From a virus (lineage: Duplodnaviria > Caudoviricetes), in IMG/VR virus record IMGVR_UViG_3300031993_000017: 64,000 nucleotides of DNA; one strand, 5' to 3'. A program made the translations under genes and the position numbers. The notes below the pieces were generated by a model. That model was not told where the DNA came from and searched no databases. It saw only the letters and a list, made by a program, of their open reading frames with translations. Below are positions 8,419 to 17,927 of this stretch, piece by piece (the first letter of the stretch is position 1; each line of letters opens with the position of its first letter).

Positions 8419-10044
8419 TTAGGTACAAGAGGGGGAGGAGCCGAACCCCCAGCCCCGACTCGAAGCCGAAACGTTCAGATGGACAAAGAACGAACCGCAA
8501 TCCGCACCGTAGTACGAAATACCGCCATGAAAGGCGAAAGTATTTATACCAGTGTAGCAATAATCACAATAACATTTTGTGCTACTTGCAGGACTTCCTG
8601 TTGCACTTGCAATCATTGTGTCGGAGATAAAAGTCTCTTTTGAGATATATTCACTTGCTGGAGAAGAAATACCTGTGTTGATATATCCAGTTCCATTGTC
8701 TGAGAATCCATCAGCGGTAGAGCCATCATCTTGTCCGAAACAATTTTTGATATAATGTGTTCCACTTTTCAGTATATGACCTTCGTATCTCCGAAATGCA
8801 AATCCCCACCAGTTCTCCATTCCGAAAACTTTCACGCAATTTGTAAAATTTGTACTTGTAACTGATCCGCTATTTGTACCATAAAACAGCCCTTTTTGAT
8901 TCTGTTCGCCTGTTCGGAAAGCATCATTGATCGCTTCTGAACCACCAGATGTTAATCCTTGTCCATAAACTGCCTGTGAATTTAAGGATTTCCCAAACAA
9001 TACCAAAAGTAAATTGATAAGTGTGACTTCCGAAAGAGTAGTCATGTGGTAATTTGATCCGTTGTTTACACACATTGTACGGGATTCACTTGCCGTAATC
9101 TTATTCATAGCTCTACTGCCACTAACAGATCGCATTACAGCACTTGCAGAATAAGTATCACCGACTACCGAGCCATTGTATGCCGCCATATAAAAATGTT
9201 CTTTATGTTCTTTTGATGGGCCTATATAAGCATAATCCTTATAAGAAGAATCAATCTTCTTATTAGAGAAATAAATGCTTGCGGAAGTCGGATCACCTTC
9301 ATCTGGAACCATTTTCATATAAATCTTAGGGAATTCTACCATTACATTTCCCATGTGATATGGAGAAGTAGCGTCAGCGTCCATTTCTGCCTGTGTGATC
9401 GGGACTGTGTTTCCGTCTATATCCTTTGTATAATCATTCGGATTCAGATAACATACAACCTCACCTTGCGGATTTAAGATACAAGGCTTAATTCCATTGA
9501 TAATAAAATTATCACCCCAGGAACCGTAAGAGAATTCTTTTGTCGTAAAATTCATCTTTGCTGGTGTCATTCCGACAGCATCTTCCAGATAAGCAACACA
9601 TGCCGAAGGATCGGATTCAGAAGAATCAATATGAATTCCGTATATCACAGGTTTCTCTTCATTCCGAACACTGTATATCTGACCGCCGATTTCAATGGTA
9701 GTAAGATTCGTCACAGGTGCGGTATCATCATTCGGAATTACATTCTGAGCATAAACAGATGTGGTAGTTGAATTATTCACCTTAATCTTAGCGATTTCTT
9801 TTCCGCTTGTACGAACCTGTGTAACAGTCACTTGTATATGTGATTGTGCAGATTCATTAACAGCACCGATTAAAGTCTTATCTGTTGTAACAAGTGAATC
9901 ATATTCTGAATTTACCGTCAGATCGGCAATATCATCAACAGGAACAGCCTTAGACTTATCACTTGAAGTAGTTTCAAGAATATCATCTTCTGTTACTTCA
10001 TCGGTATTATTTAACTCAGAAATTTTGTAAAACTTTTTTATCAT
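8419..10044 (-). CDS. DGR target protein, tail fibre/adhesin with C-terminal CLec-like variable domain
   Basis: Ends in VR (FHGGISYYGADCGSFFVHLNVSASSRGWGFGSSP); GMENWWG motif. Confidence 0.9.
   Translation of the reverse strand: MIKKFYKISELNNTDEVTEDDILETTSSDKSKAVPVDDIADLTVNSEYDSLVTTDKTLIGAVNESAQSHIQVTVTQVRTSGKEIAKIKVNNSTTTSVYAQNVIPNDDTAPVTNLTTIEIGGQIYSVRNEEKPVIYGIHIDSSESDPSACVAYLEDAVGMTPAKMNFTTKEFSYGSWGDNFIINGIKPCILNPQGEVVCYLNPNDYTKDIDGNTVPITQAEMDADATSPYHMGNVMVEFPKIYMKMVPDEGDPTSASIYFSNKKIDSSYKDYAYIGPSKEHKEHFYMAAYNGSVVGDTYSASAVMRSVSGSRAMNKITASESRTMCVNNGSNYHMTTLSEVTLINLLLVLFGKSLNSQAVYGQGLTSGGSEAINDAFRTGEQNQKGLFYGTNSGSVTSTNFTNCVKVFGMENWWGFAFRRYEGHILKSGTHYIKNCFGQDDGSTADGFSDNGTGYINTGISSPASEYISKETFISDTMIASATGSPASSTKCYCDYCYTGINTFAFHGGISYYGADCGSFFVHLNVSASSRGWGFGSSPSCT
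8425..8541 (-). repeat. DGR variable repeat (VR) at the 3' end of the target gene
   Basis: 19 mismatches to TR over 117 nt, 18 at TR adenines (minus strand). Confidence 0.95.
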
Positions 10045-10079
10045 GGCGGATCACCCATTATTCTTCAATAAAAATAAAA

Positions 10080-10110
10080 CACTGTAAGGATATGATACCC
10101 TTACAGTGTA
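10080..10110 (-). terminator. intrinsic terminator-like hairpin
   Basis: ACACTGTAAGG...CCTTACAGTGT followed by a T-rich tract on the minus strand. Confidence 0.7.
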
Positions 10111-10128
10111 ATAAAAGGTTCTTTGTGA

Positions 10129-11103
10129 TTAAATTTCTTCTGTGTTTATTTGGATGTATTCGCCAATAGCATCTAGCAGCTTCTTGGCAGATGTATATTC
10201 ATCTGTCTCGCCGCGACGACCGTCTTTAGGAAGACCTGTGTATCTGCTAGATCCACCTCCCTCGTCAGTTGTAACTACAACATCGTAATTCAAAGGATTA
10301 TCTGAATCCGGATAAATTGTAAGATGTTCTATCTCTGACCAATCACGGCCATTTCTGTCCCAACTAGCCGCCTCCCTGTCACGTGTTCTCTTACCGAAAT
10401 GTACAGGTATTTGATTTTCAATGAAGTACATCAAAAGGGGTCTTGGAAGCCAGCAATGTTTGTCCTCAAATGTTAATAATCCATTGGAAGACGGTATGTT
10501 GTTTTCAATTTCATGTGCAGTTCTTGTATCAACATACTTCTCATCATTTTTTACGCGTCTATCTATGGCAGAGAGTAGGTCATCGTAACCTTTGAACCGT
10601 AAGGTGTCAAATATTGCACCTTTAAGACCTCTCCAACCAATGATCGAAGCTGCGTAGTAGTATGTAAATAACTTATTCAAATCTTTGATTGCTTTTACAT
10701 TTACGTTACTACCTTTATCACGGTAGCCGATAAGTTTCTTGATGATAGCATCCGTAGGCTTGTATTGATCAATGTCCATAGCATTAAGTTCTGCGGAGTA
10801 GTCGTCTTCAGCCTGCTGCTTATCACGTTCATATTCAGATTTCAATTCTGACATATCATAGTAGAAATAGATGTCACCATATCGCTTTGTTATGTACTTT
10901 CCACCAATCTTTTTGATTGTAGATATCCATTCATCAACAGAAGTTGCATAACGAGAACTTTCTGGAGATAAAACAAAATTCCACTTGCCTTCTGAAATGG
11001 GTCTCAAGCTTGTACGACTGCCCCATGAAATTCCTAACTTGCTCTTAAGTCGTTCCATCGGATCACTCACGAATCTCTTTGAGCTTTTAATGTATCTCTT
11101 CAT
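10129..11103 (-). CDS. hypothetical protein with MKRYIKSS leader
   Basis: ORF; shared N-terminal motif; AACCTT box upstream. Confidence 0.8.
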   Translation of the reverse strand: MKRYIKSSKRFVSDPMERLKSKLGISWGSRTSLRPISEGKWNFVLSPESSRYATSVDEWISTIKKIGGKYITKRYGDIYFYYDMSELKSEYERDKQQAEDDYSAELNAMDIDQYKPTDAIIKKLIGYRDKGSNVNVKAIKDLNKLFTYYYAASIIGWRGLKGAIFDTLRFKGYDDLLSAIDRRVKNDEKYVDTRTAHEIENNIPSSNGLLTFEDKHCWLPRPLLMYFIENQIPVHFGKRTRDREAASWDRNGRDWSEIEHLTIYPDSDNPLNYDVVVTTDEGGGSSRYTGLPKDGRRGETDEYTSAKKLLDAIGEYIQINTEEI

Positions 11104-11160
11104 TGCCGTTCCATTATCCTTTCATTTTAATGTGTTACTACAATTCTATGTAAGGTTTTG

Positions 11161-11451
11161 TTACTGTAGGTCATTGACAATTTCTATACCATACCAAGAA
11201 GAAAGTTCTTTTGACAAATATGAAATAAATTTCTGTTCATCGAAAGGCGTTGTAATCATGCGGTCCCAACAATCTGCAAAATCAGGATCAGTAGCGCACA
11301 AGAAATCAATAACACTCCTTGCAGTTACAGCCCCATCTTTGAAAAATTCATTACCATCTTTTACAGCATAGCAGACACTTCTTGCAAGATCACGAGTTTC
11401 ATAGATTCTAGGTTCCGTATATTTCTTTGAGCTTTGTATGTATCTTTTCAT
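11161..11451 (-). CDS. hypothetical protein with MKRYIQSS leader
   Basis: ORF; shared N-terminal motif. Confidence 0.75.
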   Translation of the reverse strand: MKRYIQSSKKYTEPRIYETRDLARSVCYAVKDGNEFFKDGAVTARSVIDFLCATDPDFADCWDRMITTPFDEQKFISYLSKELSSWYGIEIVNDLQ

Positions 11452-11538
11452 GTTCTACTTCCTAATTATGAAACGTTATTATTCACATTCTAACTTATGC
11501 AATAAAATTAAAATTTTGAAGTATTTATTGTTCAACGC

Positions 11539-12782
11539 CTAAATATTACATGCGTTTACCACAATTGGATGTAACGCTACACCCTCTATCCCATTGCTGT
11601 AAGCGTTTGGGAATACTTTTTTAAGAATTTGCAAACTACCATTCACATCAGAATTGATTAACACACCGGAATCGCTTTTAAATAAACCACGATGAATCCT
11701 ACGAGATTTATTGTAATTCTCTTTAATTGGTAACTCATTATCTAAGAAACTTGTCCCACTTGTGTAACTTTCTTCTGTGAGCACTACAGATATACCATAT
11801 TCTTCAGCTTTGTATTTGATCATCTCCATCAATCTGTTATATGGTATCTGTATAAAAGATTGGTTAACTCTTTTGCTCATTTCTGATTTCTGTTTCCAAC
11901 ACTTATTGTTGCCTATAACTATTACAGAAACATCATCACTATGTGCCTTATCAACTATGTATCTACTTGCCTGATGTAAGTAGTTATCAATAATCTGATT
12001 TCTTTTCTCTGTTATACTTAGTATTCTTTTTGTTGAATACTGCTTATTCATCCTCATAGCAATTGACTTGTAGTGAGCTAATAATTTATTATAATATTTG
12101 TTCTCAGACTTCAGACCCTTACCGTTTATTATAAATGGTTGTTCACCAAAATTATTTGTTACGGTTGCTAAGTTATCTAAGCCTATGTCAATACTATAAT
12201 ATCTGTTATTATCGCATACTGTTTCTGGAATTTCTATATTATAAACCACCTCCAATTCAATATGATTTGCTTTAGGTATGAACCTTACTTGCTGAAATGA
12301 CACATAATTTTCATTGCTTATAAATAATGGTTTGATTGAAAAACCATTAAATACTTTGGGAAAATGTAAGATACCATTTTTCAAGTTTACTTCTTGGTTT
12401 GTAAGAGTTAAAACACATCTGTCGCTCTTATCTTTATACTTTGGCAATTTAGGTCTTCCTAAATACTTGTCTTTATTATTTTCCAATCCTTAATAGATTT
12501 GAAGAACGACTTCCAATTTTTATCGAGTAATCTTAATAACTGCTGTGCTGATTGTGCAGTTGGCATATTCTTATAGTCTGGATATTTCATATCAGCTTTT
12601 AATGTTTTGTCCAAGTCTTCATATCTTAACCAGTTGCCATTGCTTACAAACTCTTGTCTGATTAAATAGTTGGCATGGTTATACAAATTTTTTGCGTTAA
12701 AGCAAAAACTATCTATAAGAAGATAATAAGTATTCGATTGTTTAATTTTGTGTTTTTCTACTCTTTGAATTACCATATCCAT
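11539..12782 (-). pseudogene. tnpB: TnpB (IS200/IS605 family, tnpA-less IS1341-like), split by a -1 frameshift near 12480
   Basis: N-part AKNLYN...AQSAQQLL; C-part SIDIGLDNL (RuvC-I), EESYTS, INSDVNGSLQIL (RuvC-III); possible right end TCAA at 11516-11519. Confidence 0.85.
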
Positions 12783-12817
12783 TATTATCCTTTAATGATA
12801 GTAAATATTATTTAATG

Positions 12818-12937
12818 TTATTCGTTACCATAACTTGGATCACGTTCTAGCACAGATACTGTTTCATCAATTGTAAAATTAGGAAAAGTTGCTATCGTGT
12901 TCCAAGGATAATCTAAGTCTGTTATGTAGAAAGTCAT
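12818..12937 (-). CDS. 39-aa ORF (MTFYITDLDYPW...), possibly truncated by the TnpB element
   Basis: Hand translation, GAGAGG RBS. Confidence 0.4.
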   Translation of the reverse strand: MTFYITDLDYPWNTIATFPNFTIDETVSVLERDPSYGNE

Positions 12938-12971
12938 ATCTGTACCTCTCGTTCTTAAAGTTGAAAACCTA

Positions 12972-13334
12972 TCACTCTACAATATCATGCCATTTGCGAA
13001 TTGCATCTACATGACGAGAATCATCACGAGATGGTCTTACAATTTCACCGTTCTCATCATAAATCGTCCAGAAGTTAGAAGCGTCATATGTGTAACCAAT
13101 TCTATCAAGATATCGCTGAATATCAGATTCTTCTGGAATATCATAATAGGAAAGTTCATCAGATGTTAAAAATCTTGGAAGCACTACAGCAGTGTAGCTG
13201 TTAGGCAGATCCCATATCTTCACGATACTAACATCTCTAGGAACAGTACCAGGACCAAGTCCGTGTTTCAGGATATAAAAATATCCATTTCTTGAATATG
13301 TATCAGAAAAACTTGAACGAATGTATCTTTTCAT
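12972..13334 (-). CDS. MKRYIRSS-leader protein with HGxxPGxxP...LTxDEL..YDI domain
   Basis: Paralog of 13354-14028 and 62952-63251. Confidence 0.8.
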   Translation of the reverse strand: MKRYIRSSFSDTYSRNGYFYILKHGLGPGTVPRDVSIVKIWDLPNSYTAVVLPRFLTSDELSYYDIPEESDIQRYLDRIGYTYDASNFWTIYDENGEIVRPSRDDSRHVDAIRKWHDIVE

Positions 13335-13353
13335 AAATCCTCCATGTGATATC

Positions 13354-14028
13354 TCACTTCATCCTATTTTTGAGAGTTCTCATTATTGCAGCTACTGCTA
13401 CTCCTAAGGAAGAGTATGTATACTCTCTGTCAAAATATGGAGTATATCCAATAACTTCCCAATCATCGTCACCGAATTCATAAACAGGCTCAACAGATAC
13501 TATAGTTCTTCCGTGAAAAACAACTTTGGCAACATGCTTGTTATCTTCTCCCTTCCCCCACTCTAATGATATTCCTGGGAGAGCTTTAGGAAGTTTTTTC
13601 AACGTATCAATATCTTTTTGTTTCCAATCATGATCAATAGCATCTTGCGTCAATTCAAAAGACGGTTGTACTTTCGCACCGTTCTTAAGATCGTTTGCTA
13701 CTTTAGCGGAAGGAGCACGAAATGGTTTTACAACTTTACCATTTTCATCGTAGAATGTCCAAAAGTCATTTCTATCATACTTGTACCCAGTTTGTTCAAG
13801 ATATCGTTGAATATCCGATCCGGATAAAGGTAGATAATCTCCAAGTTCAAGATATCTTAGACGCCTAGTAAGAACTACAGCAGTACGATTTTCTGGTAGA
13901 TTCCAAGCCTTTATAACAGAACCATCATTAAAAAATGTAGGATCGGGTTTACGTTCAAGAATATAGAAATATAAATCTCTTGAATACTGATCAGAATAAT
14001 CATAACTTGATCGAATGTATCTTTTCAT
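13354..14028 (-). CDS. MKRYIRSS-leader protein, tandem paralog of 12972-13334 with an extra C-terminal domain
   Basis: Shared YSR..YFYIL, W.LP...TAVVL.R.L, SDIQRYL, FWT.YDENG. Confidence 0.8.
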   Translation of the reverse strand: MKRYIRSSYDYSDQYSRDLYFYILERKPDPTFFNDGSVIKAWNLPENRTAVVLTRRLRYLELGDYLPLSGSDIQRYLEQTGYKYDRNDFWTFYDENGKVVKPFRAPSAKVANDLKNGAKVQPSFELTQDAIDHDWKQKDIDTLKKLPKALPGISLEWGKGEDNKHVAKVVFHGRTIVSVEPVYEFGDDDWEVIGYTPYFDREYTYSSLGVAVAAIMRTLKNRMK

Positions 14029-14046
14029 GAATAATTACTCCTAGAT

Positions 14047-14832
14047 TCAAAATATGTCGTCTTCGTCTTCGAATCCTTTGTAAGAATCGAACCATTCACG
14101 AGCCTCATCTAATGTGTCACATTCGTAATCATAGTCACCATCTTCGGGACGATACAAATCGCTATCACCGAATACAAACACATACTGGTCATTTGCCTTA
14201 TCGTAGTACATTGTGTACTCAGTTAAGAATCCGTCACTGTCACGAACATACTTGCTGTCAATACATTCGAAGTCATCGCCGCTTGATTCTTCATCGTCCC
14301 AATCTGGGTCGTAAGAAGCGTTGACACGCTTATTACAAGATGCAATGGAACATGATTCAATGGGCTGTATTGTGTATTTTGCTCGGTAGTAATCGCTATC
14401 AGTAGTATAATCTGAATCAGACGTTGTAACTTTGAAGGTAGTTGACAGATCCATCTCATCTAACACTTCTTGAATAAGCTGTTTAGCATAAGAATGATCA
14501 TTCTTCCAATCACCTACTACAGTTAATGTAATCTTACCACCTTCCGAAGATACATTGTCTTCTAAACCGTTCTCAACGAATTTATCTTTTATCGCCTCGA
14601 TTAGACCATCTCGATCAAATGACTCGCTACTCTTTATGTAGTCATCGTCTTTATCTTCTAATGTTTTGATATACTCAATAGCTTCATTAGGACTAGAAAA
14701 TTCAGGCGACACTCTTTTGCCTCCGGTCATTACTACCCACCCTGAATGAGTGTCTACTACGCTGTATTTTCCATCTTTGAAACTGTCGCTTGCTAAAATC
14801 CTCTTTGTTATCTTCATTTCATCTACCTCCAA
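14047..14832 (-). CDS. three-module hypothetical protein (putative polyprotein)
   Basis: KRILAS / YIKSS / KRVNAS motifs precede three distinct segments. Confidence 0.75.
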   Translation of the reverse strand: MEVDEMKITKRILASDSFKDGKYSVVDTHSGWVVMTGGKRVSPEFSSPNEAIEYIKTLEDKDDDYIKSSESFDRDGLIEAIKDKFVENGLEDNVSSEGGKITLTVVGDWKNDHSYAKQLIQEVLDEMDLSTTFKVTTSDSDYTTDSDYYRAKYTIQPIESCSIASCNKRVNASYDPDWDDEESSGDDFECIDSKYVRDSDGFLTEYTMYYDKANDQYVFVFGDSDLYRPEDGDYDYECDTLDEAREWFDSYKGFEDEDDIF

Positions 14833-15910
14833 ACTTTTTCATTCTTCGTGCAAATGACTCATATTGCTCAAAAAGTGAAACACAAAAATCAGTAACAATT
14901 TCATTGTGATACAATTCATCATCGAAATAATCATCGATGTAAATATCGCAACTTACTATTGTCGTGTTACCACGGTTATCAGATACGCTTACTTCTACTA
15001 TATAATTTTCATCATCAACAGTTGCATAATCGCATACCCAATGATAATTCTGGAATATTGGAATAAAATCTTTCCTGAGTATGCCGCTGTCGAGGTCGTT
15101 TATGTTATTTTCTAAGTCTTTCAGTATGAGTCTACTGACGTGATCTATGTTACTGCAGGAGTAACTAGCATATACTGCAGATTTAATCGGTTGAGTTTTT
15201 GTGATTGTTTCCCATACTGCATCAAAATACTCCCGCAACCGATGCTTTATATCGTCAAAATCAGAACTACCAAAAGGTTTTGAATATTCTTTTAGATCTA
15301 ATAAATCTACACAATCCAGTTGATAATCTTCTGATGACAGTTCTTTGTTACTATGTTCACCAGTCTCTTTAACTTCTTGTAATGATACCTTTCGAAGAAG
15401 CGTCATTACCGGAACTAGCTCAACCTTAGAATACTTTTCACCAAATTCTGTTACAATACCTTCTTTAGTTAAGTCCCAATTTTTTAAGAAGGAACTATCA
15501 ATATGATCAGAAATTCTTACATAGACTGCAATTGGAATTGACCTTTGTTTACCATTGAGAACATCTACAATTACATAAAAACTCTTGCTTACTGGTGACG
15601 ATTTTAAATATTCTTGGAGTTTCTCCATATCATCGTCATTATCTGTATAAAATATATCTCTTCCTTCTAAAAGATCATATAGGAATTTACTGTCATCACC
15701 GCTTACATCGCTTGGATGCATTGCATATATGCGGTATTTTTTATTGTCATTCAGAATATCTAATACACACTTTCTGAATTCAGAAAATATATCCATAGGA
15801 AATTTTCTGCTTCTGCGTACACTTGCAGAAACTGGCTCTTCAGTCGATTTCACAGAATGTGTAATTTCAAATTCTATTTCAACTGTTAATAATTTACTCA
15901 TTAAAATCAC
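14819..15910 (-). CDS. hypothetical protein, paralog of 1709-2734
   Basis: SKSFYV..DVL...VRISDH; C-terminal W.C.Y...DN.G domain. Confidence 0.75.
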   Translation of the reverse strand: MILMSKLLTVEIEFEITHSVKSTEEPVSASVRRSRKFPMDIFSEFRKCVLDILNDNKKYRIYAMHPSDVSGDDSKFLYDLLEGRDIFYTDNDDDMEKLQEYLKSSPVSKSFYVIVDVLNGKQRSIPIAVYVRISDHIDSSFLKNWDLTKEGIVTEFGEKYSKVELVPVMTLLRKVSLQEVKETGEHSNKELSSEDYQLDCVDLLDLKEYSKPFGSSDFDDIKHRLREYFDAVWETITKTQPIKSAVYASYSCSNIDHVSRLILKDLENNINDLDSGILRKDFIPIFQNYHWVCDYATVDDENYIVEVSVSDNRGNTTIVSCDIYIDDYFDDELYHNEIVTDFCVSLFEQYESFARRMKKFGGR

Positions 15911-15970
15911 CTCATCCTGTTACGGTAGTTAAATTGACGCTCAACCAAGATCTAAACATTTCTAATACCA

Positions 15971-16465
15971 TTAAAGGTTCTTCAAAATAGATAGAATGTA
16001 GTTGTTAACAGATTCATCTTGATTTAGTCTTTTTGTAAATGATTTATAGTTTTCGGAATCACCTGCATAGTAAATTACATAAGCGCATTTCGGGTAAATG
16101 TTATCAAATTCTGTGAAACCATGACCATGCAGATCAGTTTCGATTTGCAGTTGAAACCACTTCACAATTCCAAAATCAATACCACGGAAAACATCATATT
16201 TTGCATAGGTATTCAGATTTTCAAGATCATCGGATGCTATCTTTGAGTAGATGACAGCGTAGTTATCCATGATTGCATTTACTATATCCCGGCAGAAACG
16301 ATCTAGTAGTTTTTCAGCGTCATAAGGTTCAATTCCGTAAACAGGTTTATTTTCAAAAGAATCAAACTCAACCATTACAGAAATTGTTGGAATGACACGA
16401 TCAGGATCTGTAAGATCCATTGGTGTTATGTATTTGCGAAGGTAATCATATTCCATAAAGATCAA
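15971..16465 (-). CDS. hypothetical protein
   Basis: ORF with GGAGG RBS. Confidence 0.7.
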   Translation of the reverse strand: MIFMEYDYLRKYITPMDLTDPDRVIPTISVMVEFDSFENKPVYGIEPYDAEKLLDRFCRDIVNAIMDNYAVIYSKIASDDLENLNTYAKYDVFRGIDFGIVKWFQLQIETDLHGHGFTEFDNIYPKCAYVIYYAGDSENYKSFTKRLNQDESVNNYILSILKNL

Positions 16466-16488
16466 TCCTCCATCTAGAACAGTTACAA

Positions 16489-17103
16489 TTATTCGAGATT
16501 CTCCAATGTATGTGCAAAATTATTTACAGTTGAAAGAATGTATTCACTCGCCGCTTCATATGAATCAAATTTATTTACGCTCGGTTCCGCACACGATTTA
16601 CCATCATGTGATTTAACATAAATACAATTCAATACCGCCATTCCTTCATAAGTTCCAAGATCATAAGCACCAGAATAGCCGGCAATCGGTGATTTAAATA
16701 TAATCAAAAATCGTGTACCATATGAATCATCGTAGTATTCACATGAATAATAATAAATTGGATACAGCTTATCTGTACAATCATCATCAGTAACGGTATC
16801 ATCTCCAAAAATAGAAGAAATTTTATTTGATAAACTAATGCAGAATCTACCAAAATCAATAGATTTCTCAGTATTCAAATCATTGTAACTAGATTCTACT
16901 GGACTAAATTCTGCTATAACTTCAATGTATGGAATATCATCATAATCATTTTTAAATGTAGGCATTTCGGATACAATATGCACAGCACCGATCAGACCAT
17001 TGATGGTATCACACTTCTGTTGTTCATTTGTGGAATGTTCTTCAATGGATTTTGCCTTTTCCTGTAATCTCTTTGTTAATTCATCAGCGTCAATAAGTCT
17101 CAT
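16489..17103 (-). CDS. hypothetical protein (MRLIDAD N-terminus common in Bacillota phages)
   Basis: ORF with AAGGAG RBS. Confidence 0.7.
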   Translation of the reverse strand: MRLIDADELTKRLQEKAKSIEEHSTNEQQKCDTINGLIGAVHIVSEMPTFKNDYDDIPYIEVIAEFSPVESSYNDLNTEKSIDFGRFCISLSNKISSIFGDDTVTDDDCTDKLYPIYYYSCEYYDDSYGTRFLIIFKSPIAGYSGAYDLGTYEGMAVLNCIYVKSHDGKSCAEPSVNKFDSYEAASEYILSTVNNFAHTLENLE

Positions 17104-17107
17104 AAAT

Positions 17108-17318
17108 TCACTCCTTGTCTAATAATTCAAATACGGCACTCTTATGGTCGTAATCATAATACATATTGCAAGTGATCTGCTTGCAATTGTTGATTGAATT
17201 TCTTAATTCCATCGCCTGTCCAAAACTACAGTGATCTATCTTATAGACAGTCGTTTGAAGTTTGTACAGGTCTGTGGTAATTTTTAGTCAAATATACAAT
17301 GGTTTCTAATCCTGTCAT
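17108..17318 (-). pseudogene. probable small gene broken by a frameshift in an A5 run at 17281-17285
   Basis: MTGLETIVYLTK continues as ITTDLYKLQ...ELLDKE* only after a frame change; fills the gap between flanking genes. Confidence 0.4.
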
Positions 17319-17327
17319 AAACAGACA

Positions 17328-17600
17328 TCACTTCTCGCTTATTAGAACTTTAATTGTACCACTATTGGTATATGGATCGAAACGTGGTGAACAACTAACA
17401 TCATATTTACGATATAAACATTCTGCGGCTACAAAAAATAAATCTCTAGAACATTTGCGAACATTGTAAACTACAATCTTACCATCAACCTCACCTCTCA
17501 TACAGCAGTCATTTTGAACACAGTCCGGAATAACCATCCGAACATTTTCCTCACCAAACATTCCGTTTATAAAATGAGTTGCTCTTTCCTGTTTATTCAT
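17328..17600 (-). CDS. hypothetical protein
   Basis: ORF overlapping upstream stop (ATGA). Confidence 0.65.
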   Translation of the reverse strand: MNKQERATHFINGMFGEENVRMVIPDCVQNDCCMRGEVDGKIVVYNVRKCSRDLFFVAAECLYRKYDVSCSPRFDPYTNSGTIKVLISEK

Positions 17601-17905
17601 ATTTCCTTGTACCTATCATCAGAATCTTCGTCATCAAACAGATGAAATACATCTTTGTCACATTTATCAGGTTCATCTGGAGATATAACCTCTTCATCTA
17701 TCATCTGTTTAGCAAGCTTTCCTACAACATCTATGAACCCGTATTTCTTCTGCTTGCTGTTGAAATATTTTGAAGGAAATGTAGAAACTGCTAATGCTAA
17801 AAATGTGGCAACACTTCCTACAAAATCAAGCTCATCTGAGTAATGATCTGACGCTTGAGAGTGCATTTCAACAATTTCTTTTTCAGTATCAATCTTAATG
17901 ATCAT
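17597..17905 (-). CDS. hypothetical protein
   Basis: ORF with AAAGGA RBS. Confidence 0.65.
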   Translation of the reverse strand: MIIKIDTEKEIVEMHSQASDHYSDELDFVGSVATFLALAVSTFPSKYFNSKQKKYGFIDVVGKLAKQMIDEEVISPDEPDKCDKDVFHLFDDEDSDDRYKEI

Positions 17906-17927
17906 TTTTGCAATCCTTTCTTTTGCT

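Noticed and set aside
11539-12782. Cas12f/type V CRISPR effector or IStron
   Set aside because: No CRISPR repeats or group I intron core recognisable nearby; size and ends fit ordinary TnpB.
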